Assembly: GCA_964619725.1 (NCBI GenBank) | Contig: CAZUFC010000165.1 | Location: forward strand, 1 to 16,423 | Direction: 5' to 3' | DNA from: an uncultured bacterium | Lineage (GTDB): Bacteria; CSSED10-310; CAZUFC01 | DNA: 16,423 nucleotides | Shown: piece by piece, positions 1-7,354 of the stretch | Numbering within the stretch: position 1 is the stretch's first letter | How the letters are laid out: the number at the start of each line of letters is the position of its first letter | Notes under the pieces: model-generated | Databases searched by the model: none | What the model was told of the DNA's origin: nothing | Seen by the model: only the letters and a program-made list of their open reading frames with translations | Made by a program: the position numbers and the translations under genes

Positions 1-14
1 AACCCAATCTTACT

Positions 15-53
15 CCCCCTCTCCATTCATGGAGAGGGGGCCGGGGGGTGAGG
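15..53. repeat. BoxC-like/REP-like palindromic element
   Basis: CCCCCTCTCCA(15-25)-TTCA-TGGAGAGGGGG(30-40) is a perfect 11-bp stem, followed by a CCGGGGGGTGAGG tail. The reverse strand reads CCTCACCCCCCGGCCCCCTCTCC..GGAGAGGGGG, the layout of BoxC-type intergenic repeats. Confidence 0.7.
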
Positions 54-179
54 TCTCATTCAACGCAGTGATTTATGTCCGTCAATCGGCAGCAGTGCAG
101 TTAAATCCCGAGGATATGCATCAACATATCCAGATAAAACCGCGTTTTTTGCAGATAAGCTAATTGAAATACTTTGTTT

Positions 180-286
180 CGATGCCGACCCCCGACCCCG
201 ATACCGACCCCGATACCGACCCCGATACCGATTCCGATACCGATTGCGATTCCGATACCGATTGCGATTCCGATTCCGATAACCGA
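180..286. repeat. Degenerate 6-bp tandem repeat (CGA-NNN) x ~18
   Basis: CGA recurs at 180, 186, then every 6 nt from 193 to 277, and at 284. Units are CGATAC, CGACCC, CGATTC and CGATTG. Confidence 0.95.
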
Positions 287-330
287 AACAAATTGTCAAA
301 AGTTATGAAAGAAGTGTAACCCCGGTTTGA
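261..330 (+). repeat. Dispersed ~70-bp repeat, copy 1 (inverted relative to 5135-5204)
   Basis: The reverse complement of 261-330 aligns ungapped to 5135-5204 at 59/70 positions by hand count; shared core CGGGGTTACACTTCTTTCA.AACTTTTGAC. Confidence 0.9.
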
Positions 331-408
331 TGATCAGACCCAAAAAAGCAATTTAAGCTTGAAAAAAATGCATCTGTTACTTTAATATCGCTGTCAGGGG
401 TTAATCGA

Positions 409-1827
409 ATGAAAAAGCGCCTGAAACGTTGCATCATAATTTTTGCATTTTTTCTTTTGACTTGCGCAGCGCTTTCTTCAGCGGCCGAAAAAATTACAAA
501 GAGCGTTCTCGACCTGGAATTCTGCATTCGCACCGCATTGGAAAAGCATCCCGATTTGCTGCTGTGGAAAAAAGAGCTTGATATCGACCGGCTGCGGGTG
601 AAGCAGAAAAAACGCAATTTTCTTCCGGAAACTTCTGTTGCGTTGGACAGGACCGTGGTTGAAGCCTCTTATTACGATCCTGAATATGGATTCGTCATAG
701 AAGCGAGAGAAAGCCGCACTGCTGCCGCTTCAATTAATCAACCGCTGTTTACGGGATTCAGGTTGAGTTCAGAATTGCTTGCTGAGGAGTTCGGTTATGA
801 GATAGACCGTCTGAGATACAGGATAACGGAATTGCAGATAATTTTAACGGTTAAAAAGAAATTTTTAGCCGCGATGTCTCTTCATGCCGATCATGAGATA
901 CTGAAAGACGCTCTGTCCAATGCTAAAGAGACCCTTGAGCTGGCACGCCGAAGATTAGAAATGGGTAAGGCCATACCTTTTGAGGTTCTTCAGGAGGAAG
1001 CGTATAAAGCCGAGGCGGAATATCTGGCATTGCAATCAGAGAACAGTTATAAGCGGGGGTTACGGGAATTGTTGAATTTCATAGGCTTGTCGCCGGATCA
1101 GGAAGCGCTGCTTGAGATGGAGCCGGTATTTATTCAAGAATATCCTGAACTGGATAAGTGCGTGATCAGGGGACTGACTTCACGTCCCGAAATGCCCTCG
1201 CTTGAAAAGCAGATCAGCAGAACGGAGGCATATATCCGGTCCAGCCGTTCCGTTTTATACCCTCAAATTTCCTTTTTTACCCAATATCGCCGGCAGTGGA
1301 TAGAACCGGAAGCGTTCGGCGCTGACGAATCAAGCTGGGACGTGGGGTTGACGTTGACTATAAGTCCGTTTTCGGAAGCTGATGCCTCTTTTTCCTCCTA
1401 TTATCAGTATCTTGACGGAGATTTGAACCTGGAAAATCAAAACGCGTCCTTCTCACTATTCGACGGCGCTTTCAGCAAAATAAACATCCAGAACATGAAA
1501 AAGGACCTCTACGCCCTGCAATTGTCCTACAATCGTCAAAGGGATAAGATCATCAACCAGATTAAAAACGCCTGGGAAAAATTAAATGAATTGAAACTCA
1601 AAATAAAAGCAAGCGAAAAAAAACTCGAAGCTGCCGAAGAAAATTTACGCGTAGTGGAAAAACAATATAAACTGGGAATAGAACAATATCAGGACTTAAT
1701 TGATGCCAGGTCTGAGCTGGTTGCCCGGAAAACAGCGAAAAACCAGGCGATGTACGAATATGCGGCTGCGATAGCCGAACTGGAATATGCCGTCGGGATT
1801 GAGGTACAGTCGGAATCCCGCCGTTAG
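409..1827 (+). CDS. TolC-family outer membrane efflux protein
   Basis: 472 aa with an N-terminal signal peptide (MKKRLKR + hydrophobic stretch + SSA/AE). Two OEP-like halves (LEFCIRTALEKHPDL, FLPETSV, INQPLFTGF; RPEM..LYPQISF, SLFDG) and C-terminal EKQYKLG..DLIDAR..LEYAVG. Confidence 0.93.
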   Translation: MKKRLKRCIIIFAFFLLTCAALSSAAEKITKSVLDLEFCIRTALEKHPDLLLWKKELDIDRLRVKQKKRNFLPETSVALDRTVVEASYYDPEYGFVIEARESRTAAASINQPLFTGFRLSSELLAEEFGYEIDRLRYRITELQIILTVKKKFLAAMSLHADHEILKDALSNAKETLELARRRLEMGKAIPFEVLQEEAYKAEAEYLALQSENSYKRGLRELLNFIGLSPDQEALLEMEPVFIQEYPELDKCVIRGLTSRPEMPSLEKQISRTEAYIRSSRSVLYPQISFFTQYRRQWIEPEAFGADESSWDVGLTLTISPFSEADASFSSYYQYLDGDLNLENQNASFSLFDGAFSKINIQNMKKDLYALQLSYNRQRDKIINQIKNAWEKLNELKLKIKASEKKLEAAEENLRVVEKQYKLGIEQYQDLIDARSELVARKTAKNQAMYEYAAAIAELEYAVGIEVQSESRR

Positions 1828-1928
1828 CGTACCGGTTTCAGGACATTGCTCAAATATCCTGGTTTCAGGTATACAATTTGTTGTCTTCCTCTGATCAGTC
1901 ACGTTCTGCGAGTATGGTTAGAATTATC

Positions 1929-4781
1929 TCAGCGCTTCAAAAAAGAATAAATCACATCGTAAAGGTGGCGGACTTTTCCGGGAAGCTGCTTGTTTATGGT
2001 CCTCAAACAGTTGCTGCATGACGTCACGATAGCGTCATATTGAACCGTTTCCAGGGAATCGACGAAATTACGGGTCATTTTGTCAAATATTTCACGGTTT
2101 TTTTTCAGTAACCCGTATGCTGCACCCATGCCGCAACATTCCCTGGTTTCACGGATGATTTCAATTCCCGGTATTTTCTTCAGCAATTCGGATGCTGAAT
2201 TTTCCTTATCGATAATTTGATCGCTGCACGGTATATGAAGGACTATTTTTAATTTCCCGGCGCTTTTGAATCCCAGGCAGTCTCGTTCATTAATCCATTG
2301 TTGAAGCAGTTTCACATTATTCGATCCGGTCGGATTTGTATTTTGTCCGGTTTTCTTTTTTGCGTCATGCGCTTTTTCTTTCAGATAGCGAGCAGATAAG
2401 GAGAGCAACTCAAACCTGTCAACGCCAGAAGCAGCGTTTGCATGCGGAGTCATACCGTTCTCCATCCCGGTTTCCTGAACGGAGGCGAGCTCTGTCGCAG
2501 AGTTGAGAAACTCGGCAGGTTCGCAAACGATAACGGGCTGCTTCCCGCATGCTTTTATCAACTTTAATGCGGACCGAACCTCAGGCAAGTCCGGACCTAA
2601 GCGGTTGAAAAGCAGCGGGGGAATTACCCCGACAAGGTTTCTGGTATTGCCGGACATCTCATCATCAATGGGAATTTTGGGCTTAATCGTGGAATTTTCC
2701 AGCAGAAATATCTCATCCTTGAAATCTGCCCTGAGTCCATAAATATAAAGGCAAAAATTTACGAGAATCTTTTTCAAAGGTTGCGGAATACCTGAGTTTT
2801 TAACATGCAGAATACGGTCCAGGGCGTTGTCGATCCGGCGCCCCTGTTTTCTGCTGGGATCATTACTCATATCCTGTCCCGGAAAAAGGCATTGAAACCG
2901 GTCTGCGAGAAGCTCAACATCAACGCCTGAAGGGCATAGCTCAGAACAGAGTCCGCAATGACAGCAGGCATTTTCTAACGATTCCAGCGCTTGCAGGGAT
3001 TTTCCGCTTGCAGGCATGCCATCTCCTTCGCGTAATGCAGATTCGAATATTAAGGCCTTTGACCGGGGACTTTCCATTTCATTGCGTTCCGCCTTAAAAA
3101 CGGGACAGAATTTCCTGCAAGTTCCGCAGGCATTACATTTGAAAAGATGACGACCGTAATGATTATCATTAACCTGTTTTGCGGTGCAAAAACGGTGAAT
3201 TACATTGCCCGGTCCGTAAACAATGTCCTTATGCTGTGATTCAGGATAAGGAATATATTTCTTGCCGGGATTGAATACGCCAGCGGGATCGAATATGCGT
3301 TTAACTTCTCCGAACACATCATACAAAGGTCCAAAAACAACGGGAAGCTGTTTTAATCTAAGCATCCCGTCGCCGTGTTCTGCTGAAAGAGTGCCGTTGA
3401 GCGAAGCGATCAATCGGGCGAACTTTTCGCTGATTTGATTCATGGTTTCAGGGAAATTTCGCGCTGTGGAATTCAGAACGGGATTAACATGAATATTGCC
3501 GTCGCCTGCATGGCCGAATATAGGTCCTTTTACGCCTGTTTCATTGAAAATCTGATGTAATCCCCTGATGAATTCAACCAGCCTGTCCGGATGCACAGCG
3601 CCGTCCTCTATGAATCTCATGGGTCGATAAGGATACGGCAGACGATTCAAAATAGGCGATGCCGCTTTGCGAAGCGCCCACAATGCCGCCATATCTTCCG
3701 GTTCAGCGGCAACAGTCGCTTTAACCGCTAATTTGTTATGCTCAACAATGCTTCTGACAAGTTTTTCACTGTTTTCCCGGTTTTCGCTCTCATCATCCGA
3801 CTCGAATTCAACCAACAACAAGGCTTCTAAATTATCAGGAATTTGCAATGCGGATACGCATTTTTCGCTTGAAGTCAATTCCAGAAACAACTCATCCATT
3901 ATTTCAAGCGCGCTGGGTCCCATATGGCGAATGAACGAAACGGCTTCACCAGCTTTTTCGAGCGAATCGAACATCAGAAGGCAAAGGATTCTTTCCGCTT
4001 TTAACGGCCTCAGTTCAAGCTCAGCAGAAGTTATCAGACCCAGAGTGCCTTCAGAAGAACAGAAAAGACCCGGAAAATCGACCGTGCCGTCTGAAACGCA
4101 ATCCTGCACCCTGTATCCGCTGGAATTTTTCAAGGTTTCAGGAGTATGCTTCCGGATAAGCTTTCTGTTGATCTTTTCCAAGGCTATCAACTGTCTTCTG
4201 ATTTGCGCTGTGCGTGAGGCGTTCCGCTCCTCCGTAGAAGCCATACCCGGCTTACTCAATTCCACATGACTCCCGTCGTTCAGCGTCGTCTTCACTGATT
4301 GCAAATAATCGCAAACCGCTCCATACTTTACCGAATGAATCCCGCTGGAATTATTCGCTATCATTCCTCCTATTGTGCAAAAATCCGAAGATGCCGGATC
4401 GGGAGGAAAAAATAAACCGTATTTCTTCAGCGCCTTGTTCAGATCAGCCTGCACGACCCCCGGCTGCACACGGACAACCCGGCGTCGTTCGTCCAGACTG
4501 ACGATCCTGTTCATGAAGCGTGAAAAGTCCAGTACTATGCCTTCTCCGATAGCCTGACCCGCTACGCCGCTGCCCGCTCCTCTTGCCGTTATTGAAAAAC
4601 CCGCTTCCCGGGCCATCCTCACTAGCCGAACAATATCCCGCTCATTTTTCGGGAAAACCACTCCCCACGGCAATTGCCTGTATACCCCAGCCCCTCGGCT
4701 GTAAGCTCTCCTTACCGCAGCGCCGAAATGGGCTTCACCCTCAATCAGCGATTGTAATTTGCGCTCAACCTTTCTGCCCAT
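1929..4781 (-). CDS. FAD-binding and Fe-S-binding oxidoreductase (GlcD/GlcF fusion, YdiJ-like; probable D-2-hydroxyacid dehydrogenase)
   Basis: 950 aa. FAD-binding motifs ARGAGSGVAGQ, PDPASSDFCTIGGMIANNSSG and SSEGTLG; oxidase C-domain GHAGDGNIHVNP and SAEHGDG; two ferredoxin motifs CNACGTCRKFCP and CCHCGLCSELCP; C-terminal CCG domain (PC..CCGMG..TSCSNC). Confidence 0.92.
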   Translation of the reverse strand: MGRKVERKLQSLIEGEAHFGAAVRRAYSRGAGVYRQLPWGVVFPKNERDIVRLVRMAREAGFSITARGAGSGVAGQAIGEGIVLDFSRFMNRIVSLDERRRVVRVQPGVVQADLNKALKKYGLFFPPDPASSDFCTIGGMIANNSSGIHSVKYGAVCDYLQSVKTTLNDGSHVELSKPGMASTEERNASRTAQIRRQLIALEKINRKLIRKHTPETLKNSSGYRVQDCVSDGTVDFPGLFCSSEGTLGLITSAELELRPLKAERILCLLMFDSLEKAGEAVSFIRHMGPSALEIMDELFLELTSSEKCVSALQIPDNLEALLLVEFESDDESENRENSEKLVRSIVEHNKLAVKATVAAEPEDMAALWALRKAASPILNRLPYPYRPMRFIEDGAVHPDRLVEFIRGLHQIFNETGVKGPIFGHAGDGNIHVNPVLNSTARNFPETMNQISEKFARLIASLNGTLSAEHGDGMLRLKQLPVVFGPLYDVFGEVKRIFDPAGVFNPGKKYIPYPESQHKDIVYGPGNVIHRFCTAKQVNDNHYGRHLFKCNACGTCRKFCPVFKAERNEMESPRSKALIFESALREGDGMPASGKSLQALESLENACCHCGLCSELCPSGVDVELLADRFQCLFPGQDMSNDPSRKQGRRIDNALDRILHVKNSGIPQPLKKILVNFCLYIYGLRADFKDEIFLLENSTIKPKIPIDDEMSGNTRNLVGVIPPLLFNRLGPDLPEVRSALKLIKACGKQPVIVCEPAEFLNSATELASVQETGMENGMTPHANAASGVDRFELLSLSARYLKEKAHDAKKKTGQNTNPTGSNNVKLLQQWINERDCLGFKSAGKLKIVLHIPCSDQIIDKENSASELLKKIPGIEIIRETRECCGMGAAYGLLKKNREIFDKMTRNFVDSLETVQYDAIVTSCSNCLRTINKQLPGKVRHLYDVIYSFLKR

Positions 4782-5086
4782 CAGGTCCTGTATTTACGAC
4801 CGGCCTTTTCCTCAATCGACCGTATCTTTCCCTCCAATCTCGATTCTGCGCCCTCCCGATCGTCTACCGTCATTACCAGATAAACTCGACGGTTCTTCTC
4901 TCGTAACTTGTAATGACACTTCTTAACTACAGACATCACCTCATCCCATTCGCCCTCGACCGTCGTCCCCATCGCTCCCAAACGGTATGATAAACCCGAA
5001 GAATCTATAATTTCAATTATCTCTTTCACCTGTCCGCTTAAACTCTCGCCCGCGCCTACCGGGAAAACGCTGAAATTCACCAACAT
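4781..5086 (-). CDS. MTH1187/YkoF-like (UPF0045) thiamine-binding family protein
   Basis: 101 aa with FSVFPVG..SLS..V, SGLSYRLGAMGTTVEGEWDEVM and DDREG..RLEGKIRS. GGAGG RBS upstream. The stop overlaps the next start by 1 nt (TGATG at 4783-4779). Confidence 0.93.
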   Translation of the reverse strand: MLVNFSVFPVGAGESLSGQVKEIIEIIDSSGLSYRLGAMGTTVEGEWDEVMSVVKKCHYKLREKNRRVYLVMTVDDREGAESRLEGKIRSIEEKAGRKYRT

Positions 5087-5134
5087 TTCTGCTGCCCTCC
5101 TTTTATTTTACAATATCTCTTTTTTCGGCGCTGA

Positions 5135-5204
5135 TCAAATCGGGGTTACACTTCTTTCAAAACTTTTGACGATTCTTTTCAGCAATCGGGATCGGGATCG
5201 AAAT
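5135..5204 (-). repeat. Dispersed ~70-bp repeat, copy 2
   Basis: TCAAATCGGGGTTACACTTCTTTCAAAACTTTTGACGATT...ATCGGGATCGGGATCGAAAT matches the reverse complement of 261-330 but carries only ~3 hexamer units. Confidence 0.9.
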
Positions 5205-5575
5205 TATGGGAAGTTTTATCGAATTGTAACATCAAAAGACGCTTTTTTGATCAATGCCCCTTTTTCCAGAATTTTATCCGTAATATGACGCTTATGCCTG
5301 ATTACCGCTGTGCAGAGCACAAGGATTGCAAATCAACCGACAAACCAGCCGGCATTCACAATTATCTCTTTACCAATGTCGTAAGCCCGGCAGAAAAAAA
5401 TCAAGGAAAATTCTGTTTCAAATCGGAGACGCTGATTTGCGTGATTCAATCGCTTCCTTAAGGCATAATCACAAAGACTAACGCAACCCTTTCGCACAGC
5501 GTTTCGTCATCATCCAGTCATCTTTTCTCAACTGAAAAAAAACAACCGCTCTTGCCGCACTATTGTTCGTCTTCC

Positions 5576-6256
5576 TTATTCTCCCTCTTCTTTTACAGTC
5601 TTCCCGGCTTTCTGATTTTCGGCTTCCTGCGCTTCCTCTTTCAGCGTGTACTGGCCTCTCTTCTCCATATTTATGATTCCCTGGTCTCTTAATTCCTTTA
5701 AAGCCATGGCGTAAGTTTGTCCGGTTACTCCATGCTGCTTGGCTACATTTTTTACTTCGATACCTTCGGGGTTATCGGCCAGCGCTTCGAGTATATGAGT
5801 TTTCAATACATCCCTGGGAATGCTTTTTCTTTTGGTCTTGCGCCGGCTCCCTTTCCTTACGATCCTGTAGACCCCGGATTTGTTGACCTTTATTGAGTTT
5901 TCGGCTTTCAGCCGCTTTACTGCCGTCAGATAGGACTGCAACGGCCTGTCATACTTGTCCGCTATTTCCTGCAGTTTCATTCCTTTTCTGTGGTCACGCA
6001 GGGATTCCAGAATTTCCTCCTGAAGAGTTTCAATAGGAACAGGCTTCTCCTTCTTTGCGGCCGCTTCCCTTTGTTCAGGCTGTTTTTCTTCAGCTATTTC
6101 CTCAATTTTCTCCTTAGCTGCCTCCTCAATTTTTTCCTTTATTTCCGCTTCTTTTTTCCAAAAAGCGTTTCCATATTCACCGACTTTTTCCAATTGCTCT
6201 TTTATCACTACGCCCAGACCAATGAGCGCGTATGTAAGCTTTTCCTGAAAGTTCAT
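5576..6256 (-). CDS. Hypothetical protein: phasin-like N-terminus, charged linker, two winged helix-turn-helix domains
   Basis: 226 aa; AGGAGAGG RBS. Two mutually similar ~55-aa units (LQEEILESLRDHRKGMKLQEIA..VKRLKAENSIKVNKSGVYRI and LKTHILEALADNPEGIEVKNVA..LKELRDQGIINMEKRGQYTL) with a wHTH pattern. The N-terminal YALIGLGVVIKEQLEK resembles PhaF/PhaI-type phasin starts. CDS is secure, domain calls are tentative. Confidence 0.7.
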   Translation of the reverse strand: MNFQEKLTYALIGLGVVIKEQLEKVGEYGNAFWKKEAEIKEKIEEAAKEKIEEIAEEKQPEQREAAAKKEKPVPIETLQEEILESLRDHRKGMKLQEIADKYDRPLQSYLTAVKRLKAENSIKVNKSGVYRIVRKGSRRKTKRKSIPRDVLKTHILEALADNPEGIEVKNVAKQHGVTGQTYAMALKELRDQGIINMEKRGQYTLKEEAQEAENQKAGKTVKEEGE

Positions 6257-6470
6257 AAAATATCCTCTCCTTTTGCCGGTTGCCTCCGATTACCAAAAAA
6301 AAGTTTTTTCAGGTCACTGCCGGGCCGTTTTGATGCCCGGATTTTTCCAACAGCAAACGTCGTCCATTCAAACCTCTAAACCTGGCGCAACGCTTTGTCG
6401 TTTAAGATCGACGGGAAATCAAATCATTCCCGATTCCCGTTTAAAATCCAGTCACGACGTTTCGCCTTCC

Positions 6471-7238
6471 TTATATTTTAGTATAATCGAGAATGGATTT
6501 CAATTCATCAAGAAAATTGTGATCAGTCAGGTCCAAAAACAATGGCGTGACTGAAATAAAGTTATTCTTGAGAGCCCAATCTTCGTTTTTATCGAGTTGA
6601 TCCGGCAGATAAACGTCACCTGTCAATTTATAACATAGTGTTCCGTCATCGCCGGTTGAACTTTTTTCATAAAAATCGAGGTAACGTCCCCAGCCGTGTC
6701 CTGTGACGCGAACACCTTCGATCTTTTCGTCCGGAACTGCTGGGATATTAACGTTTATTACGGATTTATCGGGGATGCCGGAACGTATAAATTTTTTTAC
6801 CAGTTCAGCCGTGATCCTGGCGGGTGAGGAGAAGTCAGGATTGATGAAAGTCGCCAGGGATACGGCGATGGAAGGAATACCGTTCAGGGCGCCTTCAAGG
6901 GCGCCGGCGACGGTCCCTGAATAAAAGACGTTGATGCCCGTATTGGGACCCAGGTTAATCCCGGAGACGACCAGTGAAGGTTTTTCGTCAAGTAATGAGG
7001 TAACGGCCAGTTTAACGCAATCTGCCGGCGTTCCTTCAATCTCAAAGGCTCTGACGTCCGATTCAATTTTCCTGCGAATCACATTGATGGAACCTTCAAT
7101 CGTCAGACCGCATCCTACGCCGCTCATCTGACTTTTGGGAGCGGCGACAACCAGGTCGTTATCCCGTGCCAGAGCTGCCGCAGTTGCCCTGATTCCATCA
7201 GCGTTAATTCCGTCATCATTCGTCAATAATATCGTCAT
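6471..7238 (-). CDS. surE: 5'/3'-nucleotidase SurE
   Basis: ILLTNDDGI, APKSQMSGVG, GTPADCV, VVSGINLGPN, YSGTVAGALEG, ISVTPL. Start moved from 7367 to the ATG at 7238, which has a GGGGAGG RBS and gives 255 aa. Confidence 0.96.
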   Translation of the reverse strand: MTILLTNDDGINADGIRATAAALARDNDLVVAAPKSQMSGVGCGLTIEGSINVIRRKIESDVRAFEIEGTPADCVKLAVTSLLDEKPSLVVSGINLGPNTGINVFYSGTVAGALEGALNGIPSIAVSLATFINPDFSSPARITAELVKKFIRSGIPDKSVINVNIPAVPDEKIEGVRVTGHGWGRYLDFYEKSSTGDDGTLCYKLTGDVYLPDQLDKNEDWALKNNFISVTPLFLDLTDHNFLDELKSILDYTKI

Positions 7239-7263
7239 ATCGCCTCCCCTTAAATCAGGAGGG

Positions 7264-7292
7264 ATGATCACACGGCAAGGGACAAAAGTCAA
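7264..7292 (-). promoter_or_regulatory. Putative sigma70 promoter for surE
   Basis: Minus strand TTGACT(7292-7287)-17 nt-GATCAT(7269-7264) with a TGn extended -10. Confidence 0.4.
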
Positions 7293-7304
7293 GCCGACAA
7301 CTTT

Positions 7305-7334
7305 TTGACAACTGTCGTTTTCAAAGAGTAGAAT
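7305..7334 (+). promoter_or_regulatory. Putative sigma70 promoter for the TPR gene
   Basis: TTGACA(7305-7310)-18 nt-TAGAAT(7329-7334), 20 nt before the GTG at 7355. Confidence 0.6.
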
Positions 7335-7354
7335 AATAAAACTGGGGCGTAATT

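Noticed and set aside
180..286. CRISPR array
   Set aside because: The period is 6 bp with no unique spacers, and no cas genes are present.
60..299. 79-aa ORF with RNRYRNRYRG repeats
   Set aside because: It is the translation of the hexamer DNA repeat; no convincing start or RBS, and the related copy at ~5190 is not in a comparable ORF.
1834..1869. GGTTTCAGG direct repeat (1834, 1861) and weak hairpin between convergent genes
   Set aside because: Too short to distinguish from chance; no U-tract to support a terminator call.
3667..4269. 200-aa + strand ORF and the other short antisense ORFs in the track
   Set aside because: Ser-rich shadow frames fully overlapping well-supported genes on the opposite strand.
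5087..5575. TPP riboswitch upstream of the thiamine-binding-family gene
   Set aside because: No CTGAGA / CCTGA..GNAA..GCGNAGG core on the minus strand.
5640..6025. Z-alpha (Z-DNA-binding) identity of the tandem wHTH domains
   Set aside because: The Z-alpha signature (N..LY in helix 3, P-P-x-W in the wing) is absent; kept as generic wHTH.
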